Origin: Deltaproteobacteria bacterium
Lineage (GTDB): Bacteria > Desulfobacterota > Desulfuromonadia > Geobacterales > Pseudopelobacteraceae
Direction: 5' to 3'
DNA length: 64,000 nucleotides
NCBI GenBank assembly: GCA_016182975.1
Contig: JACPFJ010000028.1
Coordinates: forward strand, 4,948 to 68,947
Below the pieces are notes generated by a model that had not been told where the DNA came from, did no database searches, and worked only from the letters and a program-made list of their open reading frames with translations. Below, in pieces: positions 53,915 to 64,000 of this stretch. Positions within the stretch are counted from its first letter, which is position 1; each line of letters starts with the position of its first letter. The translations under genes and the position numbers were made by a program.

Positions 53915-54952
53915 ATGTACGCACCCCATCACGTAAAACATGCCGCCATGCTGCTGTTCGCGGCGCTGCTCGGCTTCGGGACAATGGCCGCGGCGGCTGA
54001 ATCCGATCAGAAGGCGCCCCCGGCGGCGAAGGCGGCCGAACCGGCGAAGGCGGCCCCAGTGGAGAAGGTTGCCGAGGTCGTTGCCAGGGTAAACGGCGCT
54101 GAGATAAGGGAGATCGAGTTGCGGCGGGCCAAGAAGATCATCATGTCGGGCCAGCCCGGCCTGCAGATCCCCCCCGAGCGGCAGAAGGAGTTCGATCAGC
54201 AGGCGCTCTCCCAGCTCGTCTCCACGGAGCTGCTCTACCAGGCGGCACAGAAGCTGGCGGTGAAGGACCTAGACAAGCGGGTGGACGAGAAGCTGGCCGA
54301 GAGCAAGGCGCGTTTCGGAAACGGAGAGGATTTCGCCAAGGCGATCAAGGCCCTGGACATGGGCGAGAGCGAGCTGCGCGAGTACACTCGCCGCGACCTG
54401 CTCATCTCGAATTTCATCGACCAGGAGATCGTGGCCAAGATCAAGGTCGGCGAGGAGGATGGCAAGAAGTTCTACGACCAGAACCTGGACAAGTTCACGC
54501 GCGGCGAGACGGTGCGGGCAAGTCACATCCTGATCGGCATAGACCCCAAGGCCACCGCCGAGGAGAAGAAACAGGCCCGCGAGAAGGCGGAGAAGCTGCG
54601 CAAGGAAGTGGCCGGCGGGGCGGATTTCTCCGTCCTGGCCAAGGGGAATTCGTCCTGTCCCAGCAGCCAGCAGGGGGGCGACCTGGGTGAATTCGGCAAG
54701 GGGCAGATGGTGCCCGCATTCGAACAGGCCGCCTTTGCCCTCAAGCCGGGGGAGATCAGCGACGTGGTCGAGACCCAGTTCGGCTACCACATCATCAAGG
54801 TATCCGACAGGAAGGGGGCGGAGACGACCCCCTTCAAGGAAGTGCGTGAGCGTATCGAGGAGTACCTCAAGGGGCAGAAGGTCTCCGCCGCGGTAGGCGA
54901 TTTCCTGGCCGAGGCCAGGAAGGGCGCCAAGGTGGAGATCCTGCTGAAGTAA
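53915..54952 (+). CDS. Periplasmic parvulin-type peptidyl-prolyl isomerase (SurA/PrsA-like)
   Basis: Signal peptide. 'VRASHILI' and 'GGDLGEFGKGQMVPAFEQAAF..GEISDVVETQFGYHIIKV'. Confidence 0.85.
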   Translation: MYAPHHVKHAAMLLFAALLGFGTMAAAAESDQKAPPAAKAAEPAKAAPVEKVAEVVARVNGAEIREIELRRAKKIIMSGQPGLQIPPERQKEFDQQALSQLVSTELLYQAAQKLAVKDLDKRVDEKLAESKARFGNGEDFAKAIKALDMGESELREYTRRDLLISNFIDQEIVAKIKVGEEDGKKFYDQNLDKFTRGETVRASHILIGIDPKATAEEKKQAREKAEKLRKEVAGGADFSVLAKGNSSCPSSQQGGDLGEFGKGQMVPAFEQAAFALKPGEISDVVETQFGYHIIKVSDRKGAETTPFKEVRERIEEYLKGQKVSAAVGDFLAEARKGAKVEILLK

Positions 54953-54994
54953 AACAATACCCCACAACCTGCAAAGACCACGCGGAGGTCCTCC

Positions 54995-56420
54995 ATGCTG
55001 AATCTGAAAGACCCCACCCTGCTGAAAGAACTGTGCTATCTGAACGGCCGCTGGTCGGACGCCGACAACGGCGCGACCATCGACGTGACCAACCCGGCCA
55101 CGGGCGAAAGGCTGGGGACCGTCCCCAGGATGGGTGGTGACGAGACCCGCCGCGCCATCGAGGGGGCCAACGCCGCCCTGCCGGCCTGGCGGGCGCGAAC
55201 CGCCAAGGAACGCTCCACGGTCCTGCGGCGCTGGTTCGAGCAGATCATGGCGAACCAGGAAGACCTGGCCGTGATCATGACCGCCGAGCAGGGGAAGCCG
55301 CTGGCCGAGTCCAGGGGCGAGATCGCCTATGCCGCCTCGTTCGTCGAATGGTTCGCCGAGGAGGGGAAGCGGGTCTACGGCGACACCATCCCCGGCCATG
55401 CCCCGGACAAGCGCATCGTGGTCATCAAGGAGCCGGTCGGCGTCTGCGCCGCCATCACCCCCTGGAACTTCCCGGCCGCCATGATCACCCGCAAGGCCGG
55501 CCCGGCCCTGGCCGCCGGCTGCACCATGGTGGTCAAACCGGCCAGCGCCACCCCCTATTCCGCCCTGGCCCTGGCCGAGCTGGGGGAGCGCGCCGGCATC
55601 CCGGCCGGGGTCTTCAGCGTGGTCACCGGCTCGGCCGGAGCCATCGGCAACGAGATGACCGCCAACCAGATCGTGCGCAAGCTGACCTTCACCGGCTCGA
55701 CCGCGGTCGGCAAGGAGCTTATGGCCCGTTGCGCCGCCACGGTGAAGAAGGTCTCCCTGGAGCTGGGGGGCAACGCGCCGTTCATCGTCTTCGACGACGC
55801 CGACCTGGACGCGGCGGTGGAGGGGGCGATCGCCTCCAAGTACCGCAACACCGGCCAGACCTGCGTCTGTTCCAACCGCCTGATCATCCAGGCGGGGGTC
55901 TACGACGCCTTTGCCGAGCGGCTGGTGGCGGCGGTCTCCAGGTTGCGTGTCGGGGACGGCCTGAAGGGGGAGGTGCAGCAGGGGCCGCTGATCGACATGG
56001 CCGCCGTGGCCAAGGTGGAGGAGCACATCGCCGATGCCGTGGCCAAGGGGGCGAGGATCATCCTCGGGGGGAGGCGCCACGAGCTGGGGGGGAGCTTCTT
56101 CCATCCGACCATCCTGACCGATGTCACCCCGGACATGCTGGTGGCCCGCGAGGAGACCTTCGGGCCGCTGGCGCCGCTCTTCAGGTTCACGACCGACGAG
56201 GAGGCGGTCGCCATGGCCAACGACACCGAGTTCGGCCCGCGTCTGGAAAGTGGCCGAGGCGCTGGAGTACGGCATGGTGGGGATCAACACCGGCCTTGTC
56301 TCCACCGAGGTGGCCCCCTTCGGCGGCATGAAGGAGTCGGGCATCGGCCGCGAAGGGTCCAGGTACGGCATCGAGGAGTTCATCGAGGTGAAGTACCTCT
56401 GCATCGGCGGGATTCGCTGA
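54995..56420 (+). pseudogene. gabD: Succinate-semialdehyde dehydrogenase disrupted by a short out-of-frame deletion near 56237
   Basis: Frame 1 is GabD-like up to 'AMANDTEFG' (with 'ELGGNAP', 'GQTCVCSNR' and 'EETFGP'). The C-terminus '[19 protein letters not shown]...[13 protein letters not shown]' continues in the frame of ORF 56121..56420. About 11 residues ('LAAYFY..'-type) are missing. Confidence 0.7.
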
Positions 56421-56533
56421 ATCCGGATAGCATTCAGGATGGCGCCGCAGAGACGGGCCGGTGGGCCGTCTTAGACGCCCCAGCGGGGCGTCTCTAAGAG
56501 GGAGGAATACGATAAATGGAATATATCCGGTAA

Positions 56534-56869
56534 ATGGCAATCGTCCCGATTGACAACCTTGCGGTCGGCATGCTGCTCAGTGGCGATGTCTGCGACCGCA
56601 GCGGCAGGATGCTGCTTCCGGCCGGCGTCGAGCTGACCGAGAGGCACCTCAAGGTCTTCCGCACCTGGGGGGTGCTCGAGGCCGACATCGAGGGGGAGGA
56701 GGGGGGTGAAACAGCGCCGGTCCAAGCCAGCGAGGATGCCGACCCGGTCGGGCTGGCCGCCGCGGAGGAAGGCGTGGGACGGATCTTCCGCCTCAACGAC
56801 CGCGAACATCCCGCCATCATGGAACTGATACGGCTCTGCATCGCACGGAAGGTGGCGGATGTCTCCTGA
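56534..56869 (+). CDS. Small DUF3391-like protein (resembles the N-terminal module of HD-GYP proteins)
   Basis: 'VPIDNLAVGMLLSGDVCDRSGRMLLPAGVELTERHLKVFRTWGV' resembles the DUF3391 pattern from memory. It overlaps the next gene. Confidence 0.4.
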   Translation: MAIVPIDNLAVGMLLSGDVCDRSGRMLLPAGVELTERHLKVFRTWGVLEADIEGEEGGETAPVQASEDADPVGLAAAEEGVGRIFRLNDREHPAIMELIRLCIARKVADVS

Positions 56870-57726
56870 AGCCGGCGTCGTCTCCATGGAAACCCTTCTG
56901 GAGGGTGTCTCCGCAGTCCCCTCGCTGCCGCTCTTCCATGCGCGGCTGGATGAGGCCATCAATCACCCGCGCAGTTCCATCGCCGATATCTCCAAGATCA
57001 TCTCCGAAGACCAAGGGCTCACCGCCCGCATCCTCAAACTGGCCAACAGCCCGCTGTTCGGCTACTTCTCCCGGATCGACACCATCACCCAGGCGGTCAC
57101 GATCATCGGTGTGCAGCAGGTCAGGGACCTGGCCCTGGCCATCTCGGTCATGGGGCTGTTCAATGGCATCCCAGAGGACCTGGTGACCATGGAGCTGTTC
57201 TGGAAACACAGCATCGCCTGCGGCCTTACCGCACGCATCCTGGCCACCAGCCAGCGTGAGTCGAACCTGGAGCGCTTCTTCGTGGCCGGTATCCTGCACG
57301 ACATCGGCCGCCTGGTGATGTTCATCAACATCCCCGACCTGTGCCGCGCGATGATCGAGCAGTCCCGTTCCGAGGAGAGGCTCTTGTACGAGGTCGAACG
57401 GGAGCGGCTGGGATTCGACCATGGCGACGTGGGCGGCAGCCTGCTGCAGCGCTGGAAGATCCCCCCCCGTGTCGCCGAGCCGGTAGCGTGCCACCACAAC
57501 AGCCGGCATTCCGGACAGTACCCCCGCGAGGCTGCCATCCTCCACCTGGCCGACCTGATTGCCCATGCCCTCGAATTCGGCAGCAGCGGGGAGGGGTGCG
57601 TGCCGCGCCTCGACCTGGGGGCATGGGAGCGGCTGGCCCTTTCTCCCCACCTCTTCCCGTCGCTGGTCAGGGAGATCGACACGCAGTTCTCCGAAACGGT
57701 CAAGATCCTCGATGTGTGTGCCGGCA

Positions 57727-57734
<8 letters not shown>
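56859..57734 (+). CDS. HDOD domain signalling protein
   Basis: '[43 protein letters not shown]' and '[12 protein letters not shown]' are HDOD features. Confidence 0.85.
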
Positions 57735-59900
<2,166 letters not shown>

Positions 59901-59904
<4 letters not shown>

Positions 59905-61019
59905 TCGACGAGGTTACGATCCTGGCAGTCGATGACGTCGACCTGAACCTGGAGATGCTGGATGTCATGCTCTCCGATCTGGGGTGCAGCCTGCTCAAGG
60001 CCTGCAACGGCCGGCAGGCCCTGGACGCCCTGGCGCTGAATCCCGCCACGGACATCATCCTGCTCGATCTTGAGATGCCGGTCATGGACGGCTTCGAGGT
60101 GCTCCAAGTCCTGAAGAGCAGCGAGGAATACCGCGAGATCCCGGTCATCGTCGTCACCGCCGACCGCAACGAGGTGATCAGGACCCTTGCCCTGGGGGCC
60201 AACGACTTCCTTGCCAAGCCCTACGATCCGCAGGAGCTCAGGCTGCGGGTCATGAACCATGTCCGCAGCAAAAAACTGAACGATCTCGCCCGCGACATGA
60301 ACGCCGTCCTGGAGGCGGAGGTGGTCAGGAAGACCGCTGCCCTGCGGCAGGCCCTCGATCTGTCCCGTGAGGCGGAATACGAGATAACGCTCAGGCTCGG
60401 CAAGGCCGCCGAGTTCCGCGACCTGGAGACCGGCATGCACACCCGCCGTATCAGCGAGCTCTCCCTGCTGCTCGCCTCGCTGGCAGCCCTCCCGGCCGAG
60501 GAGTGCGAGGAACTGCACCATTGCGCCGCACTGCACGACGTGGGCAAGGTCGGCATCCCGGACCGCATCCTGCTCAAACCGGGCAAGCTGGAGGAGATGG
60601 AATTCACAATCATCAAGCAGCATACCGTGATCGGAGGCAAGATCCTGTCGGAGGCGGACCGTTTTCCGTGCCTCCGCGCCGGGCAGATCGTGGCCCTGCA
60701 GCATCACGAAAAATGGGACGGCAGCGGATATCCCGCCGGGCTCAAAGGCGCCGCTATCCACATCTACGCCCGGATCGTGATGATCGTGGACGTCTTCGAC
60801 GCACTCACCTCCGAACGCCCCTACAAGAAGGTCTTTTCCATCGACAAGGCCCTGGGGATCATGAGGGAGGGGCGCGGCACCTTCTTCGACCCCGATCTGC
60901 TGGACCTTTTCCTGGCGAACATCGAGCAATTCCAACAGTTGAAAGAGGAACTGAGCGACCCGCAGCAGGGCCATGACCCGGCGACGGAGGCCCTCGAACT
61001 GGTCTTGTTGCAGCGATAA
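59901..61019 (+). CDS. Response regulator with an HD-GYP c-di-GMP phosphodiesterase domain (RpfG-like)
   Basis: Receiver 'ILAVDDVD...[11 protein letters not shown]...AKPY'. '[12 protein letters not shown]' and '[11 protein letters not shown]'. ATGA overlap with the kinase. Confidence 0.9.
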
Positions 61020-61025
61020 ATAGTG

Positions 61026-61053
61026 TTGACAATAATCGCGGCAAAATGATATT
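61026..61053 (+). promoter_or_regulatory. Candidate sigma-70 promoter for the riboswitch-met operon
   Basis: TTGACA (61026-31), a 16-nt spacer, then GATATT. It lies about 45 nt upstream of the riboswitch P1 helix. Confidence 0.4.
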
Positions 61054-61097
61054 CGTGTCGGCATTGCCTGCACATAACGCGGTACACATAGCAGCAT

Positions 61098-61206
61098 TTC
61101 TTATCTAGAGCGACCGAGGGACTGGCCCTTTGACGTCGCGGCAACCAGCCTGAGAAGGCAAGGTGCCAATTCCAGCGGGATCGCAAGGTCCCGGGAGATA
61201 AGGAAG
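61098..61206 (+). promoter_or_regulatory. SAM-I (S-box) riboswitch
   Basis: TTCTTATCTAGAGCGACCGAGGGACTGGCCCTTTGACGTCGCGGCAACC...AAGGTGCCAATTCCAGC...GGGAGATAAGGAAG matches the conserved S-box core (P1 TTCTTATC/GATAAGGA, GAGGGA, GGCCC, GCAACC, GTGCCAATTCC). Confidence 0.9.
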
Positions 61207-61221
61207 AGACGAAACCTCTAT

Positions 61222-61258
61222 GGGAATCCTCTTCCGCACCCCGGAAGGGGATTTTTTC
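61222..61258 (+). terminator. Riboswitch expression-platform terminator
   Basis: AATCCTCTTCCG-caccc-CGGAAGGGGATT followed by TTTTTT. The 5' arm CTCTTCC can pair instead with GGAAGAG at the 3' side of P1 (antiterminator logic). Confidence 0.75.
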
Positions 61259-61274
61259 GTCGGAGGTATCGAGC

Positions 61275-62411
61275 ATGAACATCGCAACAGAGGCGGTACA
61301 GGTCGGGCTGGAGTGGGACAGCCGCACGGGAGCGGTCTCGGTCCCCATCTACCAGACCGCGACCTTCAGGCATCCGGGGCTGGGCCTTAGCACCGGCTTC
61401 GACTACAGCCGCTCCGGCAACCCGACCCGCCAGAGCCTGGAAGAGGGCATCGCCCGCCTGGACGGCGGCGCCCGCGGCTTCGCCTACTCGTCCGGCATGG
61501 CGGCCATCACCAATCTTCTGCTGCTCTTTTGCTCCGGCGACCACATCGTGGTCACCGAGGACCTCTACGGCGGCACCTGCCGCCTCTTCGACAGGGTCTT
61601 CAACCAGTTCGGGCTGACCTTCAGCTATGTGGACACGAGCGACACCGCCGCGGTGGCGGCGGCCATCCGGCCCGAGACCAGGGCCGTTTTCGTGGAGACA
61701 CTCACCAATCCCCTGCTCAAGTTCGCCGACATCCCCGCCCTGGCTGCCATCTGTCGCCAGCGGGACCTGCTGCTGATCACGGACAACACCTTCCTGACCC
61801 CATACCTGATGCGCCCCCTGGATCTGGGCGCCGATATCACCGTCTACAGCGCCACCAAGTATCTCTCCGGACACAACGACACGGTGGCCGGGCTGGTGGT
61901 TGCCAGGGACCCGCAGTTGGCGGAGCGGATCTACTTTCACCAGAACGCCGCCGGCGCCGTGCTGGGACCGCAGGACTCCTGGCTGGTGATCCGCGGCATG
62001 AAGACCCTCGGTGTCCGCCTTGACCGTCACCAGGAGAACGCCCTGCGGATCGCGGCCTGGCTCCAGGCCCATCCGCGCATCGCCAAGGTCTACTATCCCG
62101 GCCTGGATAATCACCCCGGCCACGACCTGATGAAGCGCGACGCCAGGGGGTTCGGCGCCATGATCGCCTTCGAGGTCGACGACCATGCGCTGGTGGAGCA
62201 GGTCCTGCTCAGGACCCGCCTGATATCGTTCGCCGAGAGCCTGGGGGGCGTGGAGAGCCTGATCACCTTCCCCGAGGTGCAGACCCATGCCGACATCCCG
62301 CCAGAGCTGCGCGCCCGGCTGGGGATCAACAACGTGCTCCTGCGCCTGTCGGTGGGGATCGAGGATTGCGACGACCTGATCGAGGACCTGCGCCAGGCCC
62401 TGGAATCATAA
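61275..62411 (+). CDS. PLP-dependent trans-sulfuration enzyme (cystathionine gamma-synthase / O-acylhomoserine thiol-lyase type)
   Basis: Cys/Met-metabolism PLP family: 'YSRSGNPT', 'DNTFLTPY' and 'SATKYLSGHND' (PLP Lys). 378 aa. Confidence 0.85.
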   Translation: MNIATEAVQVGLEWDSRTGAVSVPIYQTATFRHPGLGLSTGFDYSRSGNPTRQSLEEGIARLDGGARGFAYSSGMAAITNLLLLFCSGDHIVVTEDLYGGTCRLFDRVFNQFGLTFSYVDTSDTAAVAAAIRPETRAVFVETLTNPLLKFADIPALAAICRQRDLLLITDNTFLTPYLMRPLDLGADITVYSATKYLSGHNDTVAGLVVARDPQLAERIYFHQNAAGAVLGPQDSWLVIRGMKTLGVRLDRHQENALRIAAWLQAHPRIAKVYYPGLDNHPGHDLMKRDARGFGAMIAFEVDDHALVEQVLLRTRLISFAESLGGVESLITFPEVQTHADIPPELRARLGINNVLLRLSVGIEDCDDLIEDLRQALES

Positions 62412-62420
62412 GGAGGTAAC

Positions 62421-63560
62421 ATGAAATTCGCGACCAGGCTGATCCACGGCGGCCAGACCGTCGATCCCCTGACCGGGGCGCTCGGCATCCCCATCTACCA
62501 GACCTCCACCTTCCGCCAGCGCTCGCTGGACACGTTCGGCCGGTACGACTACGCCCGCTCCGACAACCCGACCCGCGAGGCGGTGGAGGAGGCCATTGCC
62601 CAACTGGAGGGTGGCACACGCGGCTTCGCCTTTGCCTCGGGCATGGCCGCCATCACCTCCACCCTGCTGATCTTCTCCGCCGGCGACCACCTGGTGGTGT
62701 GCGACGACGTCTACGGCGGCACCTACCGCGCCCTGACCGGAGTCTTCAGCCGCCTGGGCATCGCTTCGACCTTCGTGGACGCCACCGATCCGGCGGCGAT
62801 CGAGGCGGCCATCCGTCCCGAGACCAGGGGGATCTATCTGGAGACTCCCTCCAACCCGCTGCTCAAGGTCACCGACCTGCGGGCAGTGGCCGGCATGGCC
62901 CGATCAAGGGGGATCGTCACCCTGGTGGACAACACCTTCATGACCCCCTACCTGCAGCGCCCGCTGGAGCTCGGCTGCGACATCGTGCTGCACAGCGGCA
63001 CCAAGTTCCTGAGCGGTCACAGCGACGTGATCTGCGGCTTTGCCGTGGTCACGGACAGCGAGCTGGGCAACCGCATCCGCTACATCCAGAACGGCTTCGG
63101 CGCCATCCTGGGACCGCAGGACTCGTTCCTGGCCCAGCGGGGGCTGAAGACCCTCAAGGTCAGGATGGACCAGGCCCAGCAGAGCGCGGTGCGGATCGCC
63201 GACTGGCTGGCGGGACATGGCCGGGTGCGGGCGGTGCACTATCCGGGGCTTGCGCAGCACCCCGGCCATAGCGTCCATATGGCCCAGGCCGACGGCCCCG
63301 GCGCGGTGCTCTCCTTCGAGCTGGATTCCTACGAGACCACCAGAAGGCTCCTGGAGGGGGCCGAGCTCCCGGCCTTCGCCGTCAGCCTGGGAGGGGTGGA
63401 GAGCATCATCTCCTATCCGGCCAAGATGTCCCACGCCGCCGTTCCACCCGAGGAGCGCAAGCGCAAGGGGATCACCGATACCCTGGTGCGGCTATCAGTA
63501 GGGCTGGAGGACCCGGACGACCTGATCGCGGACATGGCGCGGGCCATGGGTGAAGGGTGA
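62421..63560 (+). CDS. PLP-dependent trans-sulfuration enzyme paralogue (cystathionine beta-lyase / gamma-lyase type)
   Basis: 'YARSDNPT', 'DNTFMTPY' and 'SGTKFLSGHSD'. 379 aa. AGGAGG RBS. Confidence 0.85.
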   Translation: MKFATRLIHGGQTVDPLTGALGIPIYQTSTFRQRSLDTFGRYDYARSDNPTREAVEEAIAQLEGGTRGFAFASGMAAITSTLLIFSAGDHLVVCDDVYGGTYRALTGVFSRLGIASTFVDATDPAAIEAAIRPETRGIYLETPSNPLLKVTDLRAVAGMARSRGIVTLVDNTFMTPYLQRPLELGCDIVLHSGTKFLSGHSDVICGFAVVTDSELGNRIRYIQNGFGAILGPQDSFLAQRGLKTLKVRMDQAQQSAVRIADWLAGHGRVRAVHYPGLAQHPGHSVHMAQADGPGAVLSFELDSYETTRRLLEGAELPAFAVSLGGVESIISYPAKMSHAAVPPEERKRKGITDTLVRLSVGLEDPDDLIADMARAMGEG

Positions 63561-63589
63561 AGGGTGAAGGGTGAAGGGTGAAGGGTGAA
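63548..63589. repeat. Six tandem GGGTGAA heptamers overlapping the stop codon of the second trans-sulfuration gene
   Basis: Read directly. The TGA at 63558-60 lies in unit 2. Confidence 0.9.
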
Positions 63590-63600
63590 GGGGTTTTGCC

Positions 63601-64000
63601 ATGCGCATCCGTGTGAACGAAAAACCGGCAAGTGTCGAGGATGGGCTGACCGTGGCCGCCCTGGCGGAACGCGTAAAGCCGGGCGCCGACGTCATGATCC
63701 TGAACGGCTTCCCGGTCCCGCCCGATACGGTGCTCCGCGAGGGGGACGAGCTGTTCCTGATCCGGCGGGGCGAGATCCCCGCCGAGGAGGAGCTTGAGTA
63801 TCTCATGGCGGCCCGCCACACCCCCGGCGTGCACGCCCGGCTGAAGCGGGCCGTGGTCGGGATCGCTGGCGCCGGCGGGCTCGGCTCGGCCGTGGCGGTG
63901 GCCCTGGCGCGGATCGGGGTGGGCAGGCTGGTTATCGCCGACTTCGACGTAGTGGAGCCCTCCAACCTGAACCGCCAGCAGTACTTCGTGGACCAGATCG
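63601..64000 (+). CDS. ThiS-like / ThiF-type adenylyltransferase fusion (partial; runs off the window)
   Basis: My own translation from the ATG at 63601: MRIRVNEKPASVEDGLTVAALAER...ELFLIRRGE (ubiquitin-fold ThiS-like), then 'VVGIAGAGGLGSAVAVALARIGVGRLVIADFDVVEPSNLNRQ' (E1/ThiF nucleotide-binding motif). It is not in the ORF track because no stop codon is reached. Confidence 0.65.
   Translation, partial: MRIRVNEKPASVEDGLTVAALAERVKPGADVMILNGFPVPPDTVLREGDELFLIRRGEIPAEEELEYLMAARHTPGVHARLKRAVVGIAGAGGLGSAVAVALARIGVGRLVIADFDVVEPSNLNRQQYFVDQI

Noticed and set aside
54269-56404. 711-aa ORF antisense to the PPIase and gabD genes
   Set aside because: It spans two well-supported plus-strand genes and their intergenic gap, with no motifs. 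High-GC shadow frame.

Overview
About 64 kb of high-GC chromosome. The gene content looks like Geobacteraceae/Desulfuromonadales: multihaem c-type cytochromes, three sigma-54 enhancer-binding response regulators, HDOD and HD-GYP signalling, and several che modules. This taxonomic call is inferred from protein content only. Order of the main blocks: an edge-truncated RayT-like transposase; a lytic transglycosylase plus an EBP with a degenerate receiver; a cheW-cheA-cheR-HDOD-cheB operon; a VapBC islet; prfC, DoxX, tRNA-Arg(CCG), coaE and RNA-modification genes; a low-GC block of orphan ORFs separated by attC-like structured sites; a sensor kinase/EBP pair divergent from a 9-10 haem cytochrome; the hrcA-grpE-dnaK-dnaJ operon with a perfect CIRCE; murI and a short-form metH; a second kinase/EBP pair; a glycan cluster of about 12 kb (MarR-like regulator, fcl, wzx, glycosyltransferases, methyltransferases, YfhO-like protein); zupT; a CheY plus a MshEN-CheX fusion; a frameshifted gabD; a DUF3391-like/HDOD/hybrid kinase/HD-GYP operon; and a SAM-I riboswitch controlling two trans-sulfuration paralogues followed by a ThiS-ThiF fusion. 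Most interesting non-genic signals: the integron-like cassette array without an integrase; tandem heptamer arrays that start at or over stop codons, one inserted in frame inside fcl; a MITE-like element present twice; and a 16-codon in-frame gap in dnaK. All calls come from reading the ORF translations and the DNA. No searches were run.
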